DNA of 64,000 bases from Negaprion brevirostris (lineage: Eukaryota): NCBI GenBank assembly GCA_030324005.1, contig JARDVH010000193.1:100234864-100298863 (forward strand), given 5' to 3'. A program made the position numbers and the translations under genes. Below, in pieces: positions 35,961 through 48,562 of this stretch. How positions within the stretch are numbered: the first letter of the stretch is position 1; every line of letters starts with the position of its first letter. Under the pieces are notes generated by a model. That model had not been told where the DNA came from and ran no database searches. It worked only from the letters and a program-made list of their open reading frames with translations.

Positions 35961-38897
35961 AAGTCAACATGACCATAGTTTATTCAGCTCTACGATGATC
36001 TCTAGTGCAGAGTTGACGATGTCAGAAATCTGATCGCTGAAGCAACATCGTGTGCTGGGAGAATCGTACCTCAAATCGTTTCTCAAGTTCTGGCTTGGCA
36101 AATGTGCCTTTAATTCCTGCCACAATTCCAAATGTACTTTAAAAAAAGTGCTACATCTAAAACTGATGTTGCTATTCTTTCCTTTAAACCAGCGGTTGTT
36201 GCACTTGTGACACTTGTCAACTATTCCCATGAAATTAACCAGCCAATCTGAAACAATTNNNNNNNNNNAAGAGCGAGAGGGGGAGCTATGCTGGGCAGAC
36301 CCTGGTCAGTCAACACAAACACTGTCACTTAAATGTCTATATTGCCATGCCAGTGTAGAAACGAAGATATTAGTTTAAAAAAAATACAGTATTGCTTTTA
36401 AAATGGACCCTGACGAACATGATGGTGTGGGTGATAAGTTGGGGGGGTGGGGGGGGCGGGGGGGGCGAGGTGGGGAGTGCAAGAAGATATCACCTCCCTT
36501 TTTGCAACTTCACCTGTTTAATAACATGGTCAAATCGCATTATAATTGACAGAGTCTCACANNNNNNNNNNNNNNNNNNNNNNNNNNNNNNNNNNNNNNN
36601 NNNNNNNNNNNNNNNNNNNNNNNNNNNNNNNNNNNNNNNNNNNNNNNNNNNNNNNNNNNNNCATGTTCAAATCGCATTATAATGGACAGAGTCTCAAATT
36701 GTCTGTCAAATTTCATGCCTGCCATTGGAGATTTACCCCAAAACATAGGGACGATAAACTCCCAAACTCTGTGATTCTAGGTCTGCTATGAACAAAGGAG
36801 GACTATTGAGAGTGTTTTTGTTTTGCGTTCACCGAGTGTAGATGTCAACATGGGCGCAAAATAATGCAAGAGTCAGGAAACAAGTTTGTCACCGGCAGGA
36901 TTTTGTTTCTCGATTTTTCCTGCCCCTTATTGGGGACATAAGTGGGAATGTCATTTAACTGGATTTAAATACAATTGTATGTTATTAATGGGCCTTCATG
37001 TCACATGATCCTCCCCCACTAAATACTCAAACCTCACTGACATNNNNNNNNNNACGTCAGCAAGGTTTACAACAGCTTCAGAAGAACATGATTCAGTTGA
37101 GGAGATCCCACCAGGGGCAACAAGGTGAGTATTGCCCCCAGTGTTCCCCACTCAGTTCTAGAAAACAATATCTGCAAGACAATTCTGTTTGGTTTTAACT
37201 TTTGTCATATGTGCTTTAATTAAATCTTTCTTGGGTATGTCTTGTGGGATTGATGTAGCAAACATTTTCAGGGCGAGTGTGTGAATAAATAATGCACACT
37301 GTTTAAGTCCATGAAAATCTAGTGGTGGTGATTTTTTGCACATTACCAGGCAACTGGAAACACACATCAGCTTTATCAAAATTAAACCACACTGGTTGCA
37401 GACAGAAGAGGAAGGGACCTGGTCTCTCCCCTGTCCAAACAATATGCAAAAACTCTATGTCCGCTCAACTTAACATTGTATTTTAGCGAAGCTCATATAA
37501 TTGTCATTAGTTTATCTTGGTTGGATAGTTAACTTATTGGAATTCAACAGCATGATCTTGTTTCAGTTCACTCATTGATTTGCTGTTCAATAAATCTGCT
37601 TTGAAGTTTTCATGTAAAGTGCAGTAACAAGTTTATTCTACCAAATCCTCAAAGTTGAAGAAAATCATGAAATAATGTAATCATTAGCCAGAATACGTTA
37701 ACAAGCCTTGTCTGTGTGAAATCTGCTATAGATTACCTAAATATCGGGTGGGTAAAGACTGAATCAGAAAGGAAGAGGACACATTTGCTAGAAAGATTGG
37801 AGATCTAGAAGATAAGAAAAATAACAAGGGAAAGTACAAAAACCCTCAATTCCTCTGTAGTTAAATATACTACTGACACTAATGATCAAATATAATCCAT
37901 GATTATTGGGAACTTGGACAAAGTCCCAAAAGCAAGTACAAATCCATCTCCTAGCAAAAGGCCAACACCTTCATGAGTAGAGATGAAGTCAGTAAACTAT
38001 GTTCTAATCGAGGTGACTGTGCCAAAAAATGGTAGCCGATATTCCAAATGTGAAATTATTCCGAATCCAGAAAAGGTAAGCTGACCTTTATTTTTAAATT
38101 TAAATGCTGTCACAATGTATCCTGATTACAACATTAGTTCAAAGCTTTCAATGAAAAGCAATAAGTAACTGTACCTAAATCTTTTGGATTTCCAACAATA
38201 TCAATAAGTATTCCTTTATCAGGTGCACATTAATATGATTAACTTAGACAGGGTTCTATTAAATANNNCCTGCCATTCTTCAACACATCTGTGTAATTGG
38301 CCCAGGTATTTCCGAAGCTGTCTAGCTACGTCATATTGGCCACTTGAGAGTACATTTTATAAATTAGCTTGGAATCATCCACGACTTTGTAACAAAAAGG
38401 ATTCTCTTAAAAAATTGCATTTGAATGATATGAATAGTGAATAGATGCAAACAAATCCCTGTAGAATGCTTCACGTCTGTCCTGAAGACAGAATGTTTCA
38501 ATAATGGGGAAGAAATTAAACAAAATATGTGATTAGTCAGCAAATGAGTAAAATAAAAAAAAAGTAATTTTTATTTAACCTAACTTCAGCAAGTCAATGA
38601 CAAAAAAAAAGGTGAAAAGGGAATATGTCAGGACTACAATTGCCTTCTTTACCCATTGAAACTAACTGCTACTTAGACATAACTATTGAGTAAGTAGATT
38701 TCTTATCTGCTTGTTAATTCTGTCTTATTTAGAATATTACAAATTTCAAAGAGTCTCTTCCTCTGCTCTTCATGATAGTTTACAACAGAAGGAAGTGAAG
38801 CAATGAATCTCATGGATCAGTTGTTTCTTGCTTATTGCCATGATTCCTTGCAGCAGCTCCCAAACTGGCTGCATAACTTTGCTGGATATACAGCATT

Positions 38898-39300
38898 TTT
38901 TTTAACTTCATTGCATGTGGGCATCACCAACAAGGCTGATATTTATTACCCATTCCGAACTGCCGCAGTGGTGGTGAGCTGCCTTCCATGTCAAATTATC
39001 AGTGAACATTTCTCACTTCTGTTTTTACGATGGAGAGAAGATCATTGATAACGCAACTGAAGATTATTGGCCTAAGGCACAACTCAGACAAACTCCTGCA
39101 GCAATGCCCTGGGAATTAGATAATTGGCCTTCAACAGCCACAATCATCTTTCCTTGTTACAGGAATGACACCAAGTAGTGGTGAGTTTTCCCCTGATTTC
39201 AATTAATATTAATATTGTTCAGGTTCTTCTATGCTGCCATGATGTCAAGGGCAGTCACTCTCATTTCACCTCTGGAATTCAGTTCATTTGGCATGTTTGG
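38898..39300 (-). mobile_element. LINE family B fragments
   Basis: Antisense tail (ccttgttggtgatgcccacatgcaatgaag-polyA) and RT motif VTALDI at ~39240-39260. Confidence 0.65.
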
Positions 39301-39535
39301 TGTGAAACCCATTTACGCTAAACCAAGGGTTGAACTTTACAGAGACCCCATGGTATGTTTGAAGGTGGAAGTGTATGTAAAATAAACTGGATTGCCTGAT
39401 CAACACCTTTCTGCCTATCTCCAAAGTGGCCCCATATTACAAAGGGTGTCAAGTAACCCACCTGCCCCCAGGCCTATTGAGGCCCTTGAGTGGACAATTA
39501 ACTGTTACTGTCCACCTTTGCTATGATTTTCTTGG

Positions 39536-40792
39536 TCCTAAACAGTTGCTTCCAGAGAGAATGAGAGAAAGAAATAGAAAGACACCTCTTGCTTCTTTCA
39601 GAACCCAGCAGCAACTGTCTGCTTTTCCTCAGCTTAGCTCCTCTCCTTAAGCACATGGCTCTGTCAATCAGCCTAACCATGTGAAGGCAGAAGGAAGACA
39701 AGCAGCCTCTCTGTTTTGATAGCATGGGCTGTTGTTGGCCAGAAGGGGTTGTCTCCTTTGAGGTGATCCATGAGCACAGTGGAGGCACCCTTCAAAGATG
39801 AAGGGGGAAATCTCCCATCCTGCCCACTATGGGAATTGTAGCGACTGGGGTGGGGGCAGAACAGGCAAAGATCCATGGACCTCGACCAGGATTCTCTGGG
39901 TTTGGGGTAGTTGTGGCCAGAGGATCCCATCCCTCATNNNNNNNNNNNNNNNNNNNNNNNNNNNNNNNNNNNNNNNNNNNNNNNNNNNNNNNNNNNNNNN
40001 NNNNNNNNNNNNNNNNNNNNNNNNNNNNNNNNNNNNNNNNNNNNNNNNNNNNNNNNNNNNNNNNNNNNNNNNNNNNNNNNNNNNNNNNNNNNNNNNNNNN
40101 NNNNNNNNNNNNNNNNNNNNNNNNNNNNNNNNNNNNNNNNNNNNNNNNNNNNNNNNNNNNNNNNNNNNNNNNNNNNNNNNNNNNNNNNNNNNNNNNNNNN
40201 NNNNNNNNNNNNNNNNNNNNNNNNNNNNNNNNNNNNNNNNNNNNNNNNNNNNNNNNNNNNNNNNNNNNNNNNNNNNNNNNNNNNNNNNNNNNNNNNNNNN
40301 NNNNNNNNNNNNNNNNNNNNNNNNNNNNNNNNNNNNNNNNNNNNNNNNNNNNNNNNNNNNNNNNNNNNNNNNNNNNNNNNNNNNNNNNNNNNCCAACTTT
40401 CAGGGATCTATGTACACATACACCTAGATCCCTCTGCTCCTCCACACTATTCAAAATCCTCCCATTAGCATATGTTTAAAATTCAGCTCTATTTTACATA
40501 GTGTCGATTTGTCTGGGCATCAGGCAACTGACATGCTGAGAGTGCAGACTAATGATTGATTTTAGTTAAGTTTGCATTTGTTTTAATCTGAGTTAATGCA
40601 GTTTTGTTTATTTGCATTTTCCCCTGGGGTTTCAGAGTAGGGTTTTGATTAGGTTGATTGACTGAGCCATGTGCTTAAGGAGAGGAGCTAAGTTGAGGAA
40701 AAACAGCAGTTACTGCTAGATTCTGAAAGAAGCAAGAGGTGTCTTTTTATCTCTTTCTTTCTCTCTCTCTCTCTGGAGGCAACTGTTTGGGA
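39536..40792. repeat. Inverted repeat, arms 39536-39679 and 40646-40792
   Basis: cttagctcctctccttaagcacatggctc is mirrored by gagccatgtgcttaaggagaggagctaag; gacacctcttgcttctttcagaa is mirrored by ttctgaaagaagcaagaggtgtc. Confidence 0.9.
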
Positions 40793-41089
40793 TGCTTGGG
40801 AGATGTAGGTCTCCCTCTCTCCAGGTAACACTGGCAGGGTACCAACAGGATGATTCAAGGGTACTGAGGGCCTACTTGGATGGGAGGGGGTCAACCACAG
40901 GTAAAATTCCAGTGTACGGGGGATGTTGGCGGGAGACCGGGGGTTTGACACGAGAAACATCGGGGTGGGGTTTGACTTGGAGGAGATTGGGGTTTGATTC
41001 AGGGGTGACCAGTTGGAAGTCTGTCAAATGTAAAAAGCACCGTTACTGAAAATGCCTTCTGCAGCTGGGCCATGGACTTCTTGGAATGG

Positions 41090-41920
41090 CGTCGCAGAGA
41101 GAAGGGAAACTTGGAGCACGGGGCTGTTGTGTATGAGCTTCTCCTGCTTAAAAACAATGGAGAGAGTGTCAGCAAGATGCATGCCAGGGTGGATGATAAG
41201 GGTGCTTGCCATATGTGGGTATTGATTGGGACCAATGAGGTGATGAGGACATAATCCACAAGGGAGATATAGATGTGTGAGGGGGAGCGAGTGGTGGTGT
41301 CTCTTGAGCTGGCACTGTGTGAGAACCCTGTGGATGTGTCATTGATGTGTGAGTTGAAAGTGATGAGAAGAGTGACTTAGCTTGGCAGAACTGGGAGATC
41401 ATTCATCCTGTTGTAGCACTGCGTGGCTGTCCTCTCCTGCAGGGCATTGACAGTCACGACCACTGCCACTGCCTCTCATGTTGGATTTGTGACATTGTTG
41501 CTGGGTTTCTACCCTGAGCGCGGGCAGGTAGATCATGTTACAGCAAGCTTCAACAGCATTGAGAAGTCTCTCTTGGAAGACATCGGAGAATTCCGAAGCA
41601 GATATCCTGGCAGCCATCACTTCCTGGTGACCTACAAAGCGTGGTTGGTGTGCGCTGGGATGGCCTTTACATATGGCACCAGATGGATGCAGCACTGAGT
41701 CAATGACAGGGCAGATGAATCAGAGGCTGCCCTACTAGGAACCGTGGCAGGAAACCTTTGGAACTAAGTGCCGCAAAATATGGTGAGAAAACATGTCATT
41801 GCCATTGATGGGCTCATTGCTACTTGCCCACCACTCCCCCATGCCCCTCTTCCCCACCTCCCACCCTCACCACTCCCGCCCCCACCATCAAGCTGGCAGC
41901 ATTTGGGAAAATCTCACTCG
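41090..41920 (-). pseudogene. Harbinger Myb/SANT-like gene relic within element end
   Basis: FSDVFQERLLNAVEA...(frameshift)..NPT*EAVAVVVTVNALQERTATQCYNRMNDL; donor mutated to CTAAGT near 41380; acceptor AAGCAG|GAG at 41144, followed by EKLIHN. Confidence 0.8.
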
Positions 41921-42371
41921 GTAGGTTTCCTAACCCTTATTAATGAGTCCATTTAGCTTCAACTCTTGGAAAGCACAAACAGAAAGGAAAACAAAAATAC
42001 TGTAGCAACACTTACATAAACAAGAAAACAGTGCACATTTAGCAAGAGAAATGCTTTCAAAGAAATTGACAGGAAGCTTTGCATTTTCACATCACTTTAA
42101 CAGCCTGTTTATAATTATACTGTGAAATTCATGCTGGAAATATTACCGGTAAATATCCCAACATGTTCAGCTCAAGAACAAGTAGAATCTGCTCTGATTA
42201 GGGAGCATATCGATTGCAGTGGAAAAGAACACTGAAGTTGAATAGAAAATGCTCAGAGTAAGACTGCAGGCTCAATTTTACCTGAGGTGTTTGATAACTT
42301 TGGGTGTAGTCCCTTCATTCAGAACTGAAAATTGGAATTTAAGCAAACTCTTTAATGAGAAGAGCACAACT

Positions 42372-42650
42372 TTTAAATAGGGTTCATTAACACTGCAAGA
42401 ACGTTATTATGAAATGACCCCAATTGGTGCACTCCAGCACCTTTCGGATACACAAGAGGCAATTTAGTATGGCTAATGCACCTAACCAGCATGTATTTCG
42501 TGGGAAGAAATCTGAGCACCCAGAGGGAACCCACACAGACACAGGGAGAATATGCAAACTCCACACAGACAGTGACCCAAGCCAGGAATCAAACCCAGAT
42601 CCCTGACACTGTGGGGCAACAGTGTTGGCCACTGTGCCATTGTGCCACCC
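42372..42650 (-). mobile_element. HE1-type SINE, alternative tail
   Basis: Head, V-domain and cagtgttaatg tail on the minus strand. Confidence 0.85.
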
Positions 42651-45004
42651 CTTGAGATATTGGGGTCAATTTGAACCACTAATAATGTGCCAATGGCAAT
42701 AGGTGGAGACAAATCAAGTTATGAGAAGTTAGGAGTCCAAATAAAAATTTATACAAACCAGTCCTTGGTTTGTCCATGAGTCATAAGTGTTGGTATGCTG
42801 CAGCCATTAAATTAGATGATTCTAGTTGGTGTCAAAACTGTCCTTGTTGGTTTTGTAGTCAGTCTATTTGAGATACTTGTTGGCTTGCCCCAGTGGGAGA
42901 GATGACCTAGTTCTCTTTGCAGGGTTAACTGAAGAGGCTGCCTTGTTTTTTTCTGCTTATGCCTGCAAGACAACTTGCCTCCAGCAAAGAGAGAGAGATC
43001 CTTCTTGCTTCATTGTACTTCTTGTTCTTACTAGTTGTCTGCCAGTTTTTAAACTCATTTTGTCTCTGTATTCCCTGAAGGAGAAATAGTCTCGTCTTGC
43101 ATTCATCTCAGAGCTTTATACACATTCTGAGAAATAAACCAACAAGCGGTGGGTGTTTTGGAGGCCTGATGAGATGTATGAAGCAGCCTCCCTTACTCTC
43201 ACAAACCCAGGAGAATAGTGGAACGTTTTGCATTTCCCAAACCATTTTTTTTTTCAAATGTCTCTTTTTGAAATGGTCCTGGGCACTCCTTCAGGTGTAA
43301 AATTTCATGTCCTCCCAGGAAAGTCAAGGTATTTTATCTAAGAACTTTCCAGGAAGTGGTCACTTTGCAGTATCAGCAGCGTTAGGCCACAGTTCTTCCT
43401 GAAAACATTCAATTTGCCTTCAGGTCATTGGGGAAGCTCTAGCACGGTGAGAGTGCCAGTTTATTATGGCATAAAGACTACCTTCACCTCTTTGCAGATA
43501 GAGTGCAGAGGAACCCATAGGGTAAGCCTCAAAGAGTAACAGACAAAGACTTCTTGCTCCTTTCCTCAGCCCCAGTGTGTAAAATGTTCAGTGGATCTTT
43601 AAAATCCTCAAACATGAAAAGACATTCAATTGCCAAGCATGAACTATAAAAGCACAGACACCATTTCCTTTTTAAACTGAAGGCTAAGGAACCATTTGGT
43701 GCAAAAATAGTGATGAGGTTCATATCTACTGCTGATAAAAAACATGTTGTCTCATCTTAGGGACACAGAAAATTGCTAAAACACTGCCACACACAATGCT
43801 GAGGAGTTGAAAATGCTGTGTGTCATTGAAAGCATAAGGGAAATGTTTGGTGAGCAAAAGGCCAAGGAACTGGGAAAAAAATACCAATGTCAAATGACAT
43901 TGTCAAACAATGCATTGATTTAATGTCAGGACACATAGTTTTGTGGTGCATTGATTGGTTGAATGGCAATGAATTTGCTCTACAACTTTATGAATCCCCA
44001 GACGTTTCTAAAATCTCCCACCTAATCGCCTACCTTTAGTATAAATAAAGAAAGTATTTTCATTCTGCAAAGATCTTAAGACAAAAACAAAGTCAGGTGA
44101 TATTTTCATAGTGTTATCTGATTTAATGACTTCAGCAAAAAGATCATTGGAGCCTGCACTGGTGGAGCTGGGTCTATGACAATGCACACATTGCATTACA
44201 CACCAAGGCTGCGATTCTCCCCATGAAAAATTAACTGCTGCCGACAGTGGGAAAAGCGGTGTGTTTCTTGCTGGTGCTGGCAGCTCTGTTGGGGTGGGAT
44301 TCAACAACTTTGAAACCCCAAAAAATGTCCCAATGTGAACCATACCCGAGCCAGGCGTGCCAGACGTGTGAGACTTCTAAATCGATGGTTCAGCTAACTT
44401 TCAAGAACATCTCCTGTTTTTCCTTCTTTCAGAATAACTGAAGCATGGATAACCCCAGTCTCACATTAATGAGGGAACCACTTCATGTCAGCTCTTCTAT
44501 GAGACGAATCTTTTAGTGGTGTAGCTGTGGATTTACTTCTGACAGTCTCTACTGCAACAAGAACCCAGAAATAATCATTGAAGCCTGCAACTGAACCAAA
44601 GTTTTAGTTAGTCACAGCACGAAACGTGAAATTGGTGGTGGTCGGGGAGGGGGGATGGTGGGAAAATGGAGTCTGTAGGTCATCTAACTCCCACCGGATA
44701 TCGCAATGACACAGAGAATCATAATTTGTCAGTAAAATGGGCTCCATGCTGGCCATCAAGCCCATTGCTACCTTCCTAGGCCGTGCTGCCCGCTGCAACT
44801 GGGTTCCCTCTTACAGCAGGCAGGAACCTGATGCACATTCAAAGTCAGTACTTTACATATAATTTGTCGGTTTGATGCCTGGTTCTCTCACTAAACACCC
44901 ACCTCCCCAATGGGATCTGCAGTGGGTGGGCTTTTGTGCTGGTCCTCACAAGCAAGGACCTGTAGGGGCCCCAAATGTTGAGGAAGCACCATCAACCCTT
45001 CAGC

Positions 45005-45210
45005 AAAGAGAGAAAACTTTTTCTCCAGAAAGCAGTGGAGGCTGCGTCATCGAGTGTATTCAAGATTTTTGACGGACAAGGGTCCTGGGGCCAGGGTTGC
45101 AAACAGGAAAGGGCATAGAGGCCACAATCATATTAGCCTTGATCTTATCAAATGGTAGAATGGGCATTAGAAGCTGAATGGCCTATTCCAGTTCCTAATG
45201 CTTGCATTCT
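45005..45210 (+). mobile_element. CR1 3' end inside a GC-richer Harbinger-like region (~44600-45620)
   Basis: gctgaatggcctattccagttcctaat 3'UTR motif. Confidence 0.6.
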
Positions 45211-45639
45211 ATTTCCAGGAAACAGCAGCTGCCTGCCTGCTGCCGGCAGAGAAGGCATGTGGTCATCACATCAGGGGATGCTGCTGCCTTCATGATTAAA
45301 GCAGGCAGCTCTTTACAGGACCAGATGTATTTGAGGCAGAGGAAAATAACCATGAATGACAATAAAGGGTTGTCGACTCTGTGTAAGTTGGCCCATGAAG
45401 CTACAGTTCTTCAGAGGGAGAAGAAACATGCTGTCTCCCTGGACAGAATGAACCCGACAGAGTGCACCGGACAGCTCAAGATTAAAATTGCAATCCCAAC
45501 TGCATTGGCTCCTCACACGCTCCTAATGGAGCTTGATGAGCCATTAATTGGCAGTGAACTTGTTTCTCATTCTCTCTCTTCGCCATGTCCTTTGAAAATT
45601 TCAAACTATCCCAGAGGCATCATTTCCAGTGACAACTTC

Positions 45640-46005
45640 GGGGGAGGTGATGACCTAGTGGTATTCTCACTAGACTATTAATCCAGAAACTCAGCTAATG
45701 TTCTGGGAACCTATGTTCTAATCACACCATAGCAGATGGTGGAATTTGAATTCAATGACAAAAAAGCCTTGAATTAAGAATCTATTGATGACTATAAAGC
45801 CATTGTCGATGGTCGGAAAAGTTCACCTGATTCACTAATGTCCTTTAGGAAAGGAAATCTGTCATCTTTATCTCTCCTGGACTACATGTGACTCAGGAGC
45901 CACAGCAATGTGGCTGATTCTCAACTGTCCTCAGGCAATAAGGGATGGGTGATAAATGCTAACCAGCCAGTGATGCCCATGTCCCGCGACTGAATTAAAA
46001 AAAAA
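45640..46005 (+). mobile_element. tRNA-headed SINE family B, full length
   Basis: Head gggggaggtgatgacctagtggta, core ttcactaatgtcctttaggaaaggaaatctg, LINE-B tail and poly-A. Confidence 0.85.
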
Positions 46006-46849
46006 CCTCCAGGCCGGCAATTTTCAAATTGTATTCTGTTCAGATTTTGTGGCCATTTGAAAACCTGGCCCTTGATGTTTGGCTACACTTGGTGCAAGTC
46101 AAGCATGAATCTTTGTTCATACATAGAGAGGCGAAATGAGAGAGAATTATTACTTTCATATTTCATCTGAAGGAAGAGGTTTATTTGCTAATAAACCTGA
46201 ACTCAACCAAACTGCTCCATGATATCTTGAGGTTTCCAATATCTTGCAGATTATTAGGGGAAATGAATAAAGCTGAATAAAAGTATTCAAGGTGAAAGGA
46301 CTCAGTGCCTTCAAAAAGAAACTGCAAGTTTGGAGATTATTTGGTTGTGGAGAACTCAGCCAATTTTGAACTCTCACATTTCTTCTTACTAGAAATAAGC
46401 ATTGACTTTGACATGATCTTAATGAACGGTGGAGCAGGCTCCAGGGTCTAATGCTGCTCCTAATTTGTATGCTTGTATGCATGGTTGACATAATCAAAAC
46501 ACAGCTGGTCACGCATCTCTCTGACTCACAGGATAAATGTAATACTTATTTTCTGGGTCTTGTGGATGCTGCTGGGTTCTAGTACACTCATCTCCCTGCC
46601 ATCTGAACAATGTGCACAAAGCCCTTGCAAATTGCACTGCTGCAGCCTCTGAACTTCAAGGAGCTGTGATTCTGGGGAGCATGTGGGTGAGGGAATGGGT
46701 AATATGAACAGTGACTGTTGCTGGGCAGGGGACAAGCAGCATTCCTTAACCTCTACATGTGTTCCTCTCCTCTCTAACCACTGACCCCATCCCCTCCTTT
46801 CAGAGTGACGAGATGCAAAGATGCAACTGATTGATCTTGCTGTCCTTTA

Positions 46850-48018
46850 GGTTGCTGCTGGAATTCAAGAGGAGGAGCTGGAGGAAGGCCTGGGCCTTAC
46901 CACTTGCATGGGTAGAGGGAGATGACCACCAGAGGCAGGAAGTGGCTGCCATTTGCCGAGAGGGGTGCACAGGAGAAGGAGGGAACAGAGACCCTGGCTG
47001 TTCCGTGCACAAGTGATTTGAACAGATAAGGACACTGTGTGCTGTCGACAGCTCCATCTCTGTAAGGAGACAGTGCCACCTGTGCAACCTTTTGCAGGAC
47101 CTGGCATCTCGGGGTGGGGGAGGGGCACACTCTCGGTGGCTGTCAAATTGATCTCCGCTCTGAACTTTTCTGAAACTGGCTGCTTCCAGGCTCCGAGTGG
47201 AGATGTATGTAGCATTTCCCAGTCAGCTGTGCACACCTGTGTGTCATGCAGGTCACAGAAGCCCTGTATGCCTGGGCTGGGCAGTTCATCAAATTTAACC
47301 TAGACCAGGCCTGTCAGGAAGCCCGGGCTGCAGGGATTGAGGCCAATGCGGGAATGTCTCATGTGCAGGGGGCTATCAACTGCACTCACATTGCCCTCAA
47401 GACCAGCTGCAAAATCCACAAAAATTCATCAACAGAAAGGGGTTCCACTCCCTGAATGTCCAACAGGAGTGTGACCAGAGTATGAACATTACGCGCATCT
47501 GCATGAGACACCCTGGCAGCCTGCATGACAGTTACATTTTCAGGAACTCTGACATACCGGAGGCATTTGAGAAGCTCGTGGGTGAAATGAGTTACCCTCT
47601 TCGACCATGGCTGATGTTGCCTAAGCACAGGCCTGTGATTAAGGCAGAGACTTGCTATAATAAGGCCGTGTAGCTACCTGCACGATCGTTTAGAGGTGCA
47701 TTGGGCTCCTTAAAATGCTATTCCCATGCCTGGACAGCTCTGCTGGGGCCCTCCAATACAGCCCAGTGATCTCGTTCTGCATTGTGGTGGTGTGCTGTGC
47801 CCTGCAAAACCTGGCACAGCAGAAAGGTGACCTATTGGAGGAGGAGGAGGAGAACATGGAGGCGACGTCACTGGGGAGGAGGCTGCCCAGCAGGAGGAAG
47901 AGGAAGAAGAGGAGGAGCATGCTGAGGAACACCACCCAAGCGCTGGAAGGCTGGCAGCTCGAATGAGGCAGGCGAGCGTTGTTAGGTAGGCTCTGATCAC
48001 CAGGCAGTTCAGTCATTA
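46850..48018 (+). pseudogene. PIF/Harbinger (HARBI1-like) transposase relic
   Basis: LSVAVKLISALNF, HVQGAINCTHIAL, NRKGFHSLNVQ, RHPGSLHDSYIF, SYPLRPWLMLP, IV*RCIGLLKMLFPCLD and VVCCALQNLA, followed by an acidic tail. Confidence 0.92.
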
Positions 48019-48272
48019 AGGATCTGTGTCTGCGGGCTCCAAAAGTCCATCCATCTCCTGCAACATCGTCACACCAGAGTGCTGGGCCAGGGTAACACTC
48101 CCAGTTTCAAGTCCACCTAACACTTCAAATCAAAATGGTAGAATAGGGCACAGAGACTCTCATAACATTTGAGAAGTATTTAGATGTGCACCTATGATGG
48201 TAAAGTATACAAGGCGATGGATTAAGTGCTGAAAAATGGAATTAAAATAGTTCTGTGGTTTATCTCTAACTG

Positions 48273-48562
48273 ACTTTATTCATTAATCACAAGTAGGCTT
48301 ACTTTAACATTGCAATGAAGTTACTGTGAAAACCCCCTAATTGCCATACTCTGGTGCCTGGTTACACTGAGGGAGAATTTAGCATGGCCAATCCACCTAA
48401 CCAGCTCATCTTTGGACTGTAGAAGGAAACTGGAGCACCCGAAGGAAAACCACACAGTCACGGGGAGAATGTGCAGACTCCACACAGACAGTAACTCAAG
48501 CAGGGAATTGAACCCAGGTCCCTGTGCTGTGAGGCAACAGTGTTAACCACTTTGCCACCATG
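48273..48562 (-). mobile_element. HE1-type SINE, alternative tail, inserted in a CR1 3' end
   Basis: Full head and V-domain antisense; tail ggttttcacagtaacttcattgcaatgttaaagtaagcctacttgtga. Confidence 0.88.

Noticed and set aside
36524-36697. ~35-bp direct repeat on both sides of a 100-N gap
   Set aside because: Most likely an unmerged contig overlap or collapsed minisatellite; cannot be interpreted and is not a CRISPR-like array.
37983-38081. ATG-initiated frame ending at AAG|GTAAGC, and LCSNRGDC (integrin EGF-like) in another frame
   Set aside because: The Cys motif is followed by a stop, the other peptide is unrecognised and no partner exon was found.
42840-43650. Coding-looking stretch after a minus-strand acceptor (ttttatag near 43645)
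   Set aside because: Stops in all three minus frames and no recognisable protein motif.
47246-47966. Host HARBI1 gene
   Set aside because: Frameshifts, a stop and lost catalytic residues indicate a transposon relic; a second relic occurs in the same window.
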